Part shown: piece after piece, positions 36,219-51,297 of the stretch
Layout: each line of letters starts with the position of its first letter
Numbering within the stretch: position 1 is the first letter of the stretch
NCBI RefSeq assembly: GCF_001194135.2
Contig: NC_068981.1
Span: 14,872,474 to 14,936,473, forward strand
Origin: Octopus bimaculoides
Lineage: Eukaryota
Direction of reading: 5' to 3'
DNA: 64,000 nt
The notes under the pieces: model-generated
What the model saw: the letters and a program-made list of their open reading frames with translations, nothing else
Told to the model about the DNA's origin: nothing
The model's database searches: none
Translations under genes and position numbers: made by a program

Positions 36219-39200
36219 TCATAGATATATTTGAATGATTGTATCTGCTGGTACTTCGCATTAGTATTTGTGTTTCTGTTGAAACGTATCTATGCGTCTT
36301 TCACGTTTTAAACTTTCAGCAATAAGTATCTCAATTATCATGTTTTAATAACTTCAGAATATCCAATTATTTCATTTGACAAGTATAGTACTATCGATTG
36401 TATTGAAATTCTAGTTATGCTGAGTGCAAAAATACACATACAGAGAAATATTCAATGTTTCACACGACGATCTAATGTCTAAACGTTGCTAAATACTAAT
36501 CTTCTATGTTAAAGAGCATAACACATATCTGCATATTAAAGAAATTTAAAACGTAAATTCTAGGGTTCTTCTTCCCTTCACACTCTTACTAATAACTTTT
36601 CTATAACAACCTTGAGTAGATCAGGCTGTTTTGGATGAAGTTCTGTAAGGAAATCTGTCGTTGAAGTCTACATAACCCTTGCCATTTGATGGTTTGCGTG
36701 GAGCCCATCCTGTTATAAGTACTTGAGCAAGTCTTCGATTTGATTATTCGTCCTTCACTTCTTTCTGCTTTATCAGAATCCACTAATTATCATGCAGTTA
36801 CTGATATTCTATTTCTAACAATCTTTAAGAGAATAATTAATAAAAGATAAGTAAATATTCTTAACGGAAGGCAAACAAAGTAGGTATAATATATGATTTT
36901 TAATGATTAATACTTAAAGCTATTCAGTTGATTCATTGAACAAAAATCCCTACCATCTGATTTGCAGTAGCTCTCGATGTTCAGTATTCAAAACAAACAT
37001 TCCACTGCTACAAATATCATAAAAACTTTTCTGGTTACTCATTGATGCAAACTTTTATTTCTCGAATGTTTTGTCTTGAATTCATTTCGGTATTAGAATG
37101 TCGACAGATATTCCATATAATGTTTAACATGGACCTGGGCAAACAATGTTAAACCCTGTTTAGGCCGGCACATCAGTATCGATACATAAGTAACCTTCCC
37201 TTCTTAGTAATCTGGCAGTTTCTTATGACAGATTAAGGTATCAGTCAGTGCACTGATTTTTTTTATTTTAAATCACGTACGCTGTTACTTGAGAAGGTGG
37301 CCCTTGGGAAGGTGCAACATGGCAGCAGGCTAACAAAGTTATTAAATAGGTTCCCGAAATGATTTCGATTAATATTACCACTAACAGTCCACCTCCTAGG
37401 AGGAACTGAAACATCTGTTTCAATTCCTATACGAATTCTCTCTCAATTATCTCTCTCACTCTTTCTCATTGTTTTCTGTTCACTTTCTCTCTCAATCTCT
37501 TCGCCTCACTTTCTCTTTCATGCACACATTCTTATCTCTCCTCATAACATACCTTGCTTCTCATATTCTAATTCAGATACACATAACCTATTCATTCGCT
37601 CCACAATGCACACATCTTTTCTTTCTGCGTCTATAACAGTTGATTTTCTAAACCTAATAAGGATCACTCGACAACGAATGATGGGCATGGCAGTGTTACA
37701 CAAATAGTTGCGGGAAATGTTCTCTCCATAGGGAAACCAAAACACAGCATAACGAGTTTACACATTTGTATATTCAGCAGATGATCGGAGATCACGTGAA
37801 ATCTAAGGCACTTGAATAAACTCACTTTTAGTAGCTAGTTTCCATTTGCAAAACATGATGTGCAATAATTACATATTTATTGCACACATTCTCGTTCGTC
37901 GGGCAGTTGTGAATAAAGCATACTACACTACCTGCGGTACTCGAGTACTGTTTTTTGCGACCTTGTTTCACATGTATGTGCTTGCTCCAGTACATACATA
38001 TATACATACACACACACACACACACACACGCACACACATACACACACACATGCATGCATGCATGTGTGTATGAAAGGCCATAGATATTACCTCCCGTGAT
38101 ATTGGCGTCACTTTTGTTACGTCGGTGTACTGATTTTTCTTCTCCAAAATGGGTTACATTATAATACAGATTCGTTCTATTTTTCGCTTTAAGTCGTGAA
38201 ATGAAATTCCGTTGAAATACATAACATTTTATTAATAAATCACTTTTGTTACTATAACCATTGTTTGAAATGCGTTTCGGATGCCATGATTGTAAAGTTG
38301 AATATGTAACGGAATCAATTTAATCGTTTTCGAAAAAAATATGTGTGATTGAAACTTGTTTGTTGTAAATTGATATCATATTATTTCTTAACATCAATCT
38401 GGATTGGTATCCCGAGTTGAATCTCTCGGAAAATCAATACATATTGTTTACACTGCATCAATAAAAAAATTATTCATATCTCCAGGCACGATGACATTTC
38501 GGAAGTGGTTATTGCTTTACTCTCCTACCATCAAATCAGTTCAGCGCAGTTATCTTCTCGCAAATAATATTCTAAATAAAATAATGTTTTTCGAGTCAAT
38601 TGGGGTTTGCACTCCTGTAAAAGCTCTTATTGGATAATAACTTCTTTGTGGTTCCATATAACATAGTTCCCTTCGGTTTTGTTATATTCTCAAAAAAAAA
38701 AAAATTAAATAAAATAAAATATGTGAAATACATTTCCAGAGTAAATGTATTTCTCATGGAAACATTATCAATTATTGAACACGAATTCTATGTCTACACT
38801 TCTGTTTCAATGTGTTTCTGTACATAAATATATTTGTCTCTATTCATGTTTTGTTTTGATTATTATGTAAAGTTGTTTATCACATATTTCTCGTAGCAAT
38901 CCCAGCAGTATATTCCATATTCAGCATTATTTATGAGCTCATGAATATATCTAAGCAGATACATACGTGTGTATCTAGGATAAATTTAGTGTTAATATAT
39001 TGAGTGTTAATTAATCAAAATATATTATCCTTATTAACAGGAATTTGCTTTCACAGTAACGTGCAAATTTTGCGTTGAATATGAACCCTTCTAAATGGAA
39101 TACTATTGATTTAATGACTGTTTTTGTTAAATATTTCTTTGTATATCATATATCGAAATAACACCTTAGTATAAAGTTCAACGTTTCCCGAATCAATATA

Positions 39201-39869
39201 AACACGGCTATGTGCATTGCACTGGATAATGAACTAAACCACAGATATCATTCTGGTGTAAACAAATTATATTTAAACCGTAAGCTACTCTCGAATTTCT
39301 CTATTTACTAATGAAAATATATAGAAGATAATTTTAGGAATATATATATATATATACATGTATATATATATATACAGTATTACTTAATTTTATATTTGTG
39401 AAATGCCTGGAATTACATTCTTGCTTAGCTGCAAAACTAATCTAATACATACATTCCTTCTAAATGTCTGGATTTCCCATATGTATAATACATTTTTTGT
39501 TGTGTATTTTGCTATTATCTGGTGACATGTTTTGAGTGGGGGCTGGTATGTCTGTTAATTTCTATGAAAGCAAAACTGTACTGTATAAATCAGACTATGA
39601 TAAAGCATTTAAAAAAGTTTGAATAAATTCATCAGTTTATCGTAAGACCAAACCCAATTTCTAATTACCAAGTTCTACAATAACCTTTTGTTGCACAGAT
39701 TACGTAATAAAGTAAGTCCGTTGCATTCTTTATCCTAAATGGATATTCCAACTTAATCATTTTTTTCGGGTCATAATAAGGTTTCTTTTTCTCATCGTGT
39801 GAGGGTATATAATGCATTATAACATACAATCCACACATGAATCTGTTTATCCCTTCCTCTCTCTTTCTT

Positions 39870-39914
<45 letters not shown>

Positions 39915-41953
39915 NNNNNNNNNNNNNNNNNNNNNNNNNNNNNNNNNNNNNNNNNNNNNNNNNNNNNNNNNNNNNNNNNNNNNNNNNNNNNNNNNNNNNN
40001 NNNNNNNNNNNNNNNNNNNNNNNNNNNNNNNNNNNNNNNNNNNNNNNNNNNNNNNNNNNNNNNNNNNNNNNNNNNATATATAGTGGGGTGTATACGTATC
40101 TGTTTATACGTATGTATGTGTATGAGTATGTGTGTGTATTTATACGTTTATAGGTACATGTACAACCTGTAAGCTATATACGCACACATGCTCATTAAAA
40201 TTATAAAAAAGAATTAATTTTTATCCGCGATAATATAGCTCCGTTGTACCATGTCTGAAGACGAATAAAGGATGTTCACAACATCAACGTCTTAATCAAT
40301 ATTAACTTTGTAATATTAATAAACGAGTGCTGTAGAATATTTTATACACTCACACATTGTTACTCATGAATAAATTGATTTATGTATTTTATGCGCATTA
40401 CTCTATAAGTTATTTCCCTACGAGCTATGATAGAGAATTATGTCATACAAATAACAACATACGAAATGGCAAGAAAGGAAACTGAATTTTGCAATTTCAA
40501 ATAGAAATATAATTTTGAAAAAACACACTATAAATATTGTGATGGGTTAAATATAATTGTAATTAAAAAAGTAATCACATTGAAGCACATCAGTTTAACA
40601 TCATTAGTGTCATTAAACAATTATATCACCAAAGTCTCATCGAAGATTAATATATGCTTGTGTGTATCTAAATATGAGTGTGCTTGGGTGGGTGTTTATA
40701 TATGTATGAGTGTTTGCGAGAGAGAATGTTAAAGATGAACGGGTGAAAATAGATTAGTCTTTTAATGCGAGCAGAGAGTTATAATATATTTGATAGAAAG
40801 TACGCAAATCTGTAAACCGAGATTCGTGTGTAAGATATAATGATGAAATAGAAGAATGGTAATTGAATGACTTGCACTTTAGATATTCAATACAAGAAAA
40901 GTTTAAGCTTGTTTTTTTTATTTCTCACATGCACAGTGCATCACTTCAATGAAAAATAATTCTCCAGCAACAATGATACGATATCGTTATAAACAATTCG
41001 TAATTAAACGATATTTACATTTAGAAACTATTGTTTTATCGTGCTATGGTTTCCAAAAAAAAAACAACAAACACCGTTGTATTCAAATCTCAAACTGAAT
41101 TCACTGACAAGAGAAATTAATTATCTGATATGTTTACGATATTAGATTAAAATTAAAATATTTCTTCGTTGATATCCCGTTTGACAATTGTCTTTCTGGT
41201 TAGAAAGTTGAAGTAATGGAAATGAAATTAAACACCATTTATGAAGATAAAATTTACAGCTAGTATCAAGCAAATGGAGCTTTAAATAATGGAAGTATAG
41301 AGGTATAGAGAAGTATTTTATGTGCAATGCAATATTGCATATTTTCCAAAAAGATGCGTATGCATATACTCATTCCAGATAAGAACACTGACTGTTCATC
41401 AGATTCTTGAAATCTTCAGGCAAACAGTATACCTCTACAATAAACAGTAATTCCTATTATAAATGCATGCATATTGCTTTGATAATTACGAATCGAATTA
41501 GACTTCTGTTAATAAGAATGTTTGAAATAGACATATGAAATAAATGTGAGACGGTTCTATTGAAAACGTTTGGTAATTAGGCAGTATTTTGCCGTTTATT
41601 ACGTCGGAATTTACACGTTTCCAATATAGTTCTACAGCTACAAGAACGGGCACGCAGAATATATTGCCTTAGTACACAGAGAAAGCAGCGAGGTTGAAAA
41701 AAATGTTAATCATAAGAAAATATGCGCAAATAGGCATCGTAAATAAATCGCATACATCATAATTAAACAATAGAATAGAAATGCTTCTCGTGAATTGCCT
41801 GGATATTTTCTTGAATGAAGATGACAGAATACTATTTCAATCAAAGCGAAAAGCGCCTTACTTCTCGGCCAGAAAAATATTGAAATGAAGAAAATTATAC
41901 ATGTGAACATTGAGTATACACACACGCACGGAAACACACACGCACACACATAC

Positions 41954-42007
<54 letters not shown>

Positions 42008-43245
42008 GTAAACGTGTTACAAAAATGTACAAGTGTCAATTCATTCCGGCCGTTTCGAGCAACTCCTTTAATTGATCAATTACAAAATACCGCTCCTTTC
42101 AGATGACTACATAGATCCCAATCATTAAGGACAAGTTAAATATTTAAACATATTCGTATCATCAATAGAATGCAAATATTTACTATGATTCCGCTGATAA
42201 TTTTTTGGGCAGAATGAAAAAAGGACACCCATAAATTAGTATATGGCTAATAGATATAACTAAATAATGGAAATTTCTCTGTAACCTTTATATATCTATA
42301 TATTTACACTTTTCTTTAACGGTTTAAGTGAATTTAGGTTAAAACATACTCCTTTAATTTATATCGCACCCATAATCCTTTAAGATGTATTCTTTCTAAC
42401 AATTCACTTTTTCTTCCCCTTTACGATGACAATCAAAATGAGCTTTGTTTTCCAACCTTATGCCCTATTCTCTTTCCATTGATCACCACTCCCTCCACCA
42501 TCAGAAATTTTCGTTTACCACCATATGACCTACCTTTTGGTGTTGATATAGCCGGACTTAAAGTTCCATGTTTTCAGATAGTAGAACGGTCTGGCATGAT
42601 ACTAATTAATTTATAACTGCCTAAAGATCTAATGTCTGATGTTTTGAAAACTACATTCTCCCTATTGTCTTCGATGTGTAGAAAATGGGGTCACTACTCT
42701 CATTCATCCCTCACCACCGACTCCAAACTATGCTAATTTCTGGTTTGTCGCGGTATTGCTCTTTTTTTTATTTTACCATAAAATTTAGCAGCTGTAAATA
42801 TTTGCTCTTTATTGATGAAATATATGTTTTTATATCTAAGTTGTCCTTTATGCTTGACGTCTATGAGGTCATCTGATAAGAACGGTTTTCTTTGTAATGA
42901 TGTAATGCTTTCATTGATCAATTTGAGGAGTTGCCCGAAACAGCCGTAATGAATTGACACTTATACATCTTTGTTACTCATTTATATTTTACTAACCTAT
43001 TCTGGTATCTGCACTTCAGAAATATGGAGAAAGTATCTTTATAAAAAATACATGTCTGAACAAACAAGTGCGGATTTATTCACTATGTTCGTTCGTGATA
43101 ACTGCATACAATGTATGAATATCGGATGGAAAAACATTCTATTTAGAGTTCGATACTCACCTCATAATGTCTTCGTGTACAAATAAACTTGACCTAACAG
43201 GATACTTCAATTTCAATATCTAATTTAAATGAATTTCAATTGCAT

Positions 43246-43282
<37 letters not shown>

Positions 43283-44270
43283 NNNNNNNNNNNNNNNNNN
43301 NNNNNNNNNNNNNNNNNNNNNNNNNNNNNNNNNNNNNNNNNNNNNNNNNNNNNNNNNNNNNNNNNNNNNNNNNNNNNNNNNNNNNNNNNNNNNNNNNNNN
43401 NNNNNNNNNNNNNNNNNNNNNNNNNNNNNNNNNNNNNNNNNNNNNNNNNNNNNNNNNNNNNNNNNNNNNNNNNNNNNNNNNNNNNNNNNNNNNNNNNNNN
43501 NNNNNNNNNNNNNNNNNNNNNNNNNNNNNNNNNNNNNNNNNNNNNNNNNNNNNNNNNNNNNNNNNNNNNNNNNNNNNNNNNNNNNNNNNNNNNNNNNNNN
43601 NNNNNNNNNNNNNNNNNNNNNNNNNNNNNNNNNNNNNNNNNNNNNNNNNNNNNNNNNNNNNNNNNNNNNNNNNNNNNNNNNNNNNNNNNNNNNNNNNNNN
43701 NNNNNNNNNNNNNNNNNNNNNNNNNNNNNNNNNNNNNNNNNNNNNNNNNNNNNNNNNNNNNNNNNNNNNNNNNNNNNNNNNNNNNNNNNNNNNNNNNNNN
43801 NNNNNNNNNNNNNNNNNNNNNNNNNNNNNNNNNNNNNNNNNNTATATATATATATATATATATGAGCATGACGGTGAAATATTTCCGTTTCGCCTCTAGC
43901 AACCTTAATTATTATATATATATATATATGTATGGATGGATGATGAAGTTGTTTTTGTCATTTAACTTGATATTTGTTTTATGGGTTTATTTTTCAGTAT
44001 ATTTACACTCAATGCTACAATTTTTGCCGAACAGAATCTCCTATTAAGTAGTGACGATTTTACATGCAATATATTTTACTATAGCAAAATATTTGAGGTT
44101 GGTATAAAAATGTATAACACTTCGAACCAACTTTGGCCCGTCTATGATTTTACACGTGACCTTCAATTAAGTAATGAAATTTCCCTCAAGTGACATGCAA
44201 TTTGTTTTTGAAACTACAGTTATGCTTTGGTTGATTTTAACCATGGTTTTCAAAGTCTAGCCTGAGTGGG

Positions 44271-44516
44271 TGTTATGTCGACGCCCCCAGGCGAAGAAGT
44301 AGGTATCTCCCAAGACATATAAATAGATGTTGTCTGGCCGTGGTAGGTGTGTTGAGTAGCAGTCGAATAGCAGTTGTGTAGCGGTTGCGTAGAGATCATC
44401 AAAAGGAGCTAGATAGCAGTAGCGCTGAGACATAACAGTCGGGAAATAAACGCTACGACCATATATTTTATTTGCCAAGTAGCGTATTCCTTTCCTGATT
44501 TAAGGGTTTAGGAACA
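44271..44516 (+). mobile_element. Possible solo LTR, about 246 bp
   Basis: Begins TGTT and ends AACA; TATAAATA at 44318-44325; AATAAA at 44445-44450; GC-richer than the flanks. No clean TSD. Confidence 0.4.
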
Positions 44517-46297
44517 GGAGAAGGAAATCCTTTATTATACTTGTAGAAATTTCGGGATTTGGGGAAACAACAGTGGAGGTTATTGCTATCAGAAAAAGAG
44601 GATGGCAATAGTACTTGCAACAGTCAGAATTTTGCTAACGTAACGTGACCCGAAATCTAGATGAGGTGATGCAACGGGATATGAATTAATTATCAACCTC
44701 CAACGAAAGATCTTTCTCTCTCACGAGAATCCCTCGCACGAAAATGCAAATTTGTTGATGTTAATATGACCCTTTGCTGGTGACGCGTCAAAATCAAACA
44801 ATGTTAAACAATAATATATCGATCAGTTGATTGCCTGGTTAATTAATAATTATACTAATAGTAAAATATTAACTGTACTTGTGATTTATTTACGCAATGA
44901 TACACAAATATTCATCCCACACATCAAGAATCTAGCAGGACAATGGGAAACTTTCTGACATATATGTATGCTTGTATGCACGAGTATTTATATGAGCGTA
45001 TGTGTGCAGATATCCGTGTACCTGTGTATGAGTTCGTATAGAAACTGATACACGAATAGATATATTTACAAGTGTCATTTTGATATAGTTGATGGTAGGA
45101 GTATTCTAAAATATTCTTCAATGCTTTATTGTGGTGCAAGCTTACATTGATTCACAAAGATTGAGAAAGGCGCCATATGAACATCAATTGTGATTATGTT
45201 ATGAAAAGCATTAAACTAAAAGCATAAGAATTGCTTATTTGCTTTTGTATAGAATGTAACGTCAAGTAGAACATTATGTAGAAATGTAAAAACGAATCCG
45301 TAATTTTTGTACAATGGAAATCATCTGCGATTTTTGAAACAACCGAAAAACAAAACAAAATATGATCTCTAGCTATGCATCTGTTACTCAACATTATTAT
45401 CAACAAAAAATGTCGTGAGACTTCGAATATTCAATGCGAACATTGCTTTATTGAACATGACGTAAATTGACAATATATTCACAATAAATGCATATAATCG
45501 CCACATATAATGGACGATGTAAATGTATGGAGAAATATTCTGATGGAGACTGAATAAATAATATGTAAAATAATTTAGTGCTCTTGTTGGAGGATAGTTA
45601 GCAGCAATCAAAATATATTATTGACAATAATCGAGTAAAAACTTTATATGCAAAATATATATTTCATCAATTCTAAAACACCTACAAGCGTTTTGATGGA
45701 GCTATTGTATCCCAGATTGGTAAGTGAGAATTCAAATCTCCATGTGACGCCGAGTTTCTACATGTGACAGAGATAAAATCTTTCAATAGTAAGAAAGAGA
45801 AAACATAATAATAAAAAGGTATTGGTGCGCTGAAAGGTATAGAATGTCTTCGTATTGTTGAATGAATTTCCAAGTTAATATAGTTAAATGCATTTTCTTG
45901 GGATGTAGTATGTTCGGAAGTAGAGAAATCATTTCAACAAAAATAAATTTTAATGAAACACACTTGCCTCATAGAAATTAATGCACATGTAGCCTTTTTA
46001 TTTAAAACTAATACATAACTACTACATTATTTTACACACACACGCGCGCACACACGTATGAATGTGTTTGTGTGTGTGTTTATGTATACAAATGACAAAG
46101 GAATAAGCGATTAGATTATGACGTATGTTTGCATATAGCTGTTTGTGCTATAAGATACAGTGGACTCATAATTGGTTGCCTGAGTACTCATCTGTCATCT
46201 CATTTTCTTATTATTGTTCCGTCCTTAACTAACGGTTCGTTCTGAAGCATATTTATATCTAGTTCTACACCAGGTTATTAGCTTCGAAATGCCAAAA

Positions 46298-46333
<36 letters not shown>

Positions 46334-46389
46334 GAAGTGGCTCATTTTGAAATCAGAAAAAAAAGATAACTGTTGCTTAATCTGTGACA

Positions 46390-47286
46390 CATCGGAGAAT
46401 CCCTCACCGTACTGCAGAAAGACGATTGCTCCCTTCCAGTTCCTATATTTTGAATACGAAAATGCCCAATGGAAAAAAAAAATTGATGTAAAAATTTAAA
46501 TGTGGCGTTTTCCAGGGTCAATCTCTATCACCACTCCTCCTCGTTTGTCTACCCTTAATACGTCAGCTCAATGACCATACTCTGGCCACGAACTGTAGTT
46601 TCACCTTAGGAATGAGCAAGTTACACCGTTGTGCTGCAATCTGCAATAGAGTGGATGAAACCATGGCCGTATCACGTACGAATGCCTTAGACTCGCTGAA
46701 AACAACTAGAGGTTGTGGCAACGCGGCCAGGTCTCGGAAGTGCTACACCGGAAACTGTGCGAAAAATGGAGTGTAGAGAGAGGCAAAACGTGGTATGAGG
46801 ACAAACCGCAGAGAGAGTAATGAGTCGGAGACTATCAAAATCGTCTGAAATCTCTCAATCCAAACAGATCAGGAGCTAGAGCATAACAGACCGAACATAG
46901 TGGTGGTGGACAAGATGCACCACGTATGCTATATAATTGATGTTGCATGCCCCTTTGACCCGCGAATAGTCAAGAAGGAAGGCGAAATGATAGATAGATA
47001 AAACACTTTGAAGTACAAAACAGCCAGGCTATTAGAAAGGGAGAAGGTGAAAATAGCGTTAATTTTTGCTATGACTGTGGGGATAGTATCAGAAGGCATC
47101 AAGAGGAATATATGAAGAAAATTGAAACAGAGTGCCCAAGTTTTGCGTCCTTGGCACGGTCAGAATAATCAGGGAAGTAGTAGATAGCTGGAACGAATGA
47201 ATAGGATGGTACCGTAGGCAGCAGGTAGAAATACCACTACGTATGAAAGACTCCATGAGATACAACAATACTTATGATAAAGAGAA
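46390..47286 (+). mobile_element. R4/Dong-clade non-LTR retrotransposon remnant: RT motif, internal deletion, Zn knuckle, restriction-like endonuclease, 3' UTR
   Basis: KCGVFQGQSLSPLL (RT, about 46500); ICNRVDETM..ECLRLAENN*RLWQRGQVSEVLHRKLCEKW; QTDQELEHNRPNIVVVDKMHHVCYIIDVACPFD (RLE PD..D region); CVLGTVRIIREVVDS, stop at 47198-47200. Ends in (AAT)n. Confidence 0.9.
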
Positions 47287-47344
47287 AATAACAATAATAA
47301 TAATAATAACAATAATAATAATAATAATGATAATAATAATAATC

Positions 47345-47405
<61 letters not shown>

Positions 47406-47417
47406 CAACAACAATAA
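47287..47417. repeat. (AAT)n/(AAC)n tract
   Basis: Directly visible. Confidence 0.97.
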
Positions 47418-47708
47418 TTACGGAGATGTACTTGCATAGCTAGTGACCTGATCTGATATCGTGTGCTGAAACAAAAGCAATTGCAGCGTGGAAGCCATTT
47501 AAAAACACACAAAAGCTGTTAGGTTCACTTCAACATTTAAATTTAATTTGAAACCGCGATCTGTTCACTGACAGAACGGAATATTGTCAGTGAACAGGTC
47601 GCGGTTTGAAAGCGACGAAAATAATTTGACAAATTAAATTTAAATGTTGAAGGGAATCCAACAGTTTTTGTGTGTTTTTAAATGGCTTATAAACACTTTC
47701 CACGCTGC
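47418..47708. mobile_element. Palindromic foldback element, copy 2, flanked on both sides by (AAT)n
   Basis: ttgcagcgtggaag...aaaacacacaaaa...cttcaacatttaaatttaatttg...cgcgatctgttcactgaca folds back onto tgtcagtgaacaggtcgcgg...caaattaaatttaaatgttgaag...ttttgtgtgtttt...ttccacgctgcaa; related to 900-1158. Confidence 0.85.
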
Positions 47709-47839
<131 letters not shown>

Positions 47840-48265
47840 GGGTATCCTTGGCGTTCATAATATAGGGGCAAAAGAATTATACAGGCTCACAGAATAATTA
47901 AATGGATAGCGACAATAATCATGGTATGGGTAGTAATTATCCCAGAAATAATATTCTGAATAACAATACTGATAACAACAACAACACTAATAATGAAAAT
48001 GTCTTCAATATATTTAGTGATGCCATCATATATAGTAATTCTGCTGAAAGTACGTGCTGTGCAGTGAATGCGACTGGTTGCGTAACCTATGTTATTCCAT
48101 TCCCAAGTTACTTAAATTATGTAACTCTAATAATAAAGATAAACTTTACGCCCGCTTGACAAGAAATGCTTAATTAATAATATTGTATTTAGATTTAGCA
48201 TTATGACTAATCAACGAAATTTCGTTCACAATAGTTCACTCAGCTGGCAAAAATAATAATACTGA

Positions 48266-48315
48266 TTTAGAACCGGATCGTGGACATTCATTTAGAACCG
48301 GCTCGTGGACATTCA
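48266..48315. repeat. 25-bp direct tandem duplication
   Basis: tttagaaccggatcgtggacattca / tttagaaccggctcgtggacattca. Confidence 0.9.
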
Positions 48316-49274
48316 TGTGATATTAAGAAACAATACTTGGAACGAAATAAACATTTGTGGAATGTGTGGAATGTTCGAAAGTTAGTTATGCATATTTATT
48401 TAATTTGTTTAGTTGTGTATTAGTTATTATTACCCATCGAAGTGGATAAGTACTGGCGAAATTAACAGTTAAGTACATTGATACGCCATTCATACAGGAG
48501 GCTTTCAAAATAATTCTTTGCCTCAGGTTGGCACTAAGTGATAAATCTAGCTGCTTTTGTGCAGGGTTTTTTTCCGATATTTTGCCAATCCATAATTATA
48601 TCTGCAAGCACTATCTTAAAATGAACCTCTTTCAAATGTAAACGCGTATTATTCCAAGAAATAATAAGATTGGGTTATGCTTTGAAATGTCTCGGAAACC
48701 TGGTTTTTACAAGGTGATGGCATTATGGAGACGAGAATATCTAAGTTTAGCGTTGAATCGAAAACCATTTCTATTTCAAAAGCAATAGAGGCTTATTACT
48801 ATGACATCGCTAACAATTAAACCTAAATGAAAATGTATACAAAAATGCGAATATCAATACCTCTTCAGCATACGTTATTAAAATCAACTCTAAATTAAGT
48901 TCTAAATTACAAGAACATACTGTATTATGAATATCATTTGACATTTCTAAGAAAGGAATTGCTGTAATTAAAATCAAGATGTTAAATTTCATAATTACCT
49001 AATAATTAAATTATTAATGTTACTATATATTTAAATAGAATTATACTACCGCAACACAANNNNNNNNNNNNNNNNNNNNNNNNNNNNNNNNNNNNNNNNN
49101 NNNNNNNNNNNNNNNNNNNNNNNNNNNNNNNNNNNNNNNNNNNNNNNNNNNNNNNNNNNNNNNNNNNNNNNNNNNNNNNNNNNNNNNNNNNNNNNNNNNN
49201 NNNNNNNNNNNNNNNNNNNNNNNNNNNNNNNNNNNNNNNNNNNNNNNNNNNNNNNNNNNNNNNNNNNNNNNNNN

Positions 49275-49339
<65 letters not shown>

Positions 49340-49851
49340 ATTTATATATATATATATATGTGTATATATAACGCACACATACATATATCTACATGTACAG
49401 ATATGTGTGTGTGCATGTATGTTTTAGCACTGGAATATTTAAAATGAAACTACTTAAAACATATTTTACTTTAGATCGTTACAGCATGGAATGTAGCCCA
49501 CGCATATCGCTACATTTTAGAAAACAGTTTAATGTCTGAAAATCATATCATGGAAACTAGAAGAAATCTGTGGAATGGAAATCCATCGGGAGATAAAGAA
49601 CCTACAGGGATGTTAGAGGCAACGAATGAACAACTAGCAACTATATGCCAAAATAACAATCAAGACAGAAAAACAATGAATTAAAACAATACAGTAAGTG
49701 GTGAAGGCATTTTCTGCGACGATAGTGAATATACTTATAAGAATTATAGTACAAGCAAAGAAACTATATTATAATGAGATCGGAATCAATCTAATGCGAT
49801 GAATATAAATGACTTTTGCCACATATTTTATGAAGTGATAAGATGCAAGAT

Positions 49852-49857
49852 TATTGA

Positions 49858-49924
<67 letters not shown>
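49852..49924. repeat. (ATT)n microsatellite
   Basis: Directly visible. Confidence 0.98.
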
Positions 49925-50678
49925 GTTCAGTAGTTTTAATTTTATAACGTGCTTTCACTTCACTACCGAGCGCAGCTCTGTGTGCCTTGGGTATGTGCTG
50001 TGGTTTGCTGTGATGCTCTTATGGTTACTGTATTGAAAGTGTTTTGCGTAGGATATGTGCAGTGCCTAGCAGTGCACTTTTCTGTATATTATATATATTT
50101 GTAAGTCCTGGTGTTTTAGTTATGTATTTGTCTGAATAATTTTTTTAATTATACCTAAGGCACCTACTATGATAGGAATTGTTTCTGTTTTTAGATTCCA
50201 CATTCGAGTTACCTCTATTTACAGGTCTTTTGAAAGTGTGTCCATGTCTTTTAGAGAAACGTTGTCATCTGCATTTTTTTCTTCATGATCTTTGACAACT
50301 ATATCTGGTCTATTTTCCTTAATTTTTCTATCTGTGCGTATTGGCATATCCCAGAGTATGGTTGCTTTCTCGTTTTCTGTGAGCTTTTTCTAGCGTGTGT
50401 TTATACCATCTTTTTCTGTTGTTATTCCATAGTGTTAGCATAGCTTCCAGTGTATATAGGTCCCAGCTCTGTCGTGTCTGTGAATATATTCCTTCTTAGC
50501 CAGGACTGGGCAGCCAGAGATAATATGATTTATTGTTTCTTGTCCATCTCCACACATTCTACAGTTACTTGTTATGTTTCTTTTCATTATATGTTATTGG
50601 TAATTTCTGGTGGGGAGGCTTTGGTCTTGTGCAGCAATTAAACATCCTTCAGTCTCTGCTTTGAGTCCTGAGCTTCTC
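49925..50678 (-). mobile_element. Second R4/Dong-clade LINE 3' fragment: CCHC knuckle, RHD, RLE, 3' UTR
   Basis: Minus strand: SSGLKAETEGCLIAAQDQSLPTRNY..CRMCGDGQETINHIISGCPVLAKKEYIHRHDRAGTYIHWKLC...ILWDMPIRTDRKIKENRPDIVVKD...QKSALLGTAHILRKTLSIQ*. The 3' UTR runs into (AAT)n. Confidence 0.92.
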
Positions 50679-50891
50679 NNNNNNNNNNNNNNNNNNNNNN
50701 NNNNNNNNNNNNNNNNNNNNNNNNNNNNNNNNNNNNNNNNNNNNNNNNNNNNNNNNNNNNNNNNNNNNNNNNNNNNNNNNNNNNNNNNNNNNNNNNNNNN
50801 NNNNNNNNNNNNNNNNNNNNNNNNNNNNNNNNNNNNNNNNNNNNNNNNNNNNNNNNNNNNNNNNNNNNNNNNNNNNNNNNNNNNNNNNNNN

Positions 50892-50990
50892 TTCTTCTTC
50901 TTCTTCTTCTTCTTCTTCTTCTTCTTCTTCTTCTTCTTCTTCTTCTTCTTCTTCTTCTTCTTCGTAGTATTTGTTAGGTAGTATGATTTC

Positions 50991-51049
<59 letters not shown>
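50892..51049. repeat. (TTC)n and (ATT)n tracts
   Basis: Directly visible. Confidence 0.97.
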
Positions 51050-51051
<2 letters not shown>

Positions 51052-51160
51052 GTTTGAGTTTAGCTGTGTATTTGTACAAGTTGGCTCCAAGTCTCATCCA
51101 GAGACCTCAAGAGACAACAAGCTAGAAGTTCATGCTGGCGTTATGCCTCGGGTGTCATTT
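51050..51160 (-). mobile_element. Probable 3' UTR end of a third (AAT)n-terminated LINE family
   Basis: Minus strand ...cttgttgtctcttgaggtctctggatgagacttggagccaacttgtacaaat...caaacatat runs straight into (AAT)n, like the two R4 copies. The family link is recall/inference. Confidence 0.45.
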
Positions 51161-51169
51161 ATTTTGTTT

Positions 51170-51218
51170 TGTTGTTGTTGTTGCTAGCAACAGCAGGGGC
51201 AGAAACAACAACAACAAC

Positions 51219-51296
<78 letters not shown>
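51170..51296. repeat. (GTT)n/(ACA)n/(AGT)n trinucleotide tracts
   Basis: Directly visible. Confidence 0.95.

Positions 51297-51297
<1 letters not shown>

Noticed and set aside
36601-36783. Possible exon
   Set aside because: Every frame stops before a convincing donor and no product was recognised.
41858-41870. U2 snRNA 5'-like cttctcggcc
   Set aside because: Only 10 nt match and the flanks do not resemble U2.
42420-42760. GC-richer block as an RT fragment (minus-strand SYKLISIMP resembling YRPISLLP)
   Set aside because: A single weak motif; the surrounding RT motifs are absent.
47902-48159. 85-aa Asn-rich ORF
   Set aside because: Low-complexity (AAC/AAT)-derived sequence with no motifs.
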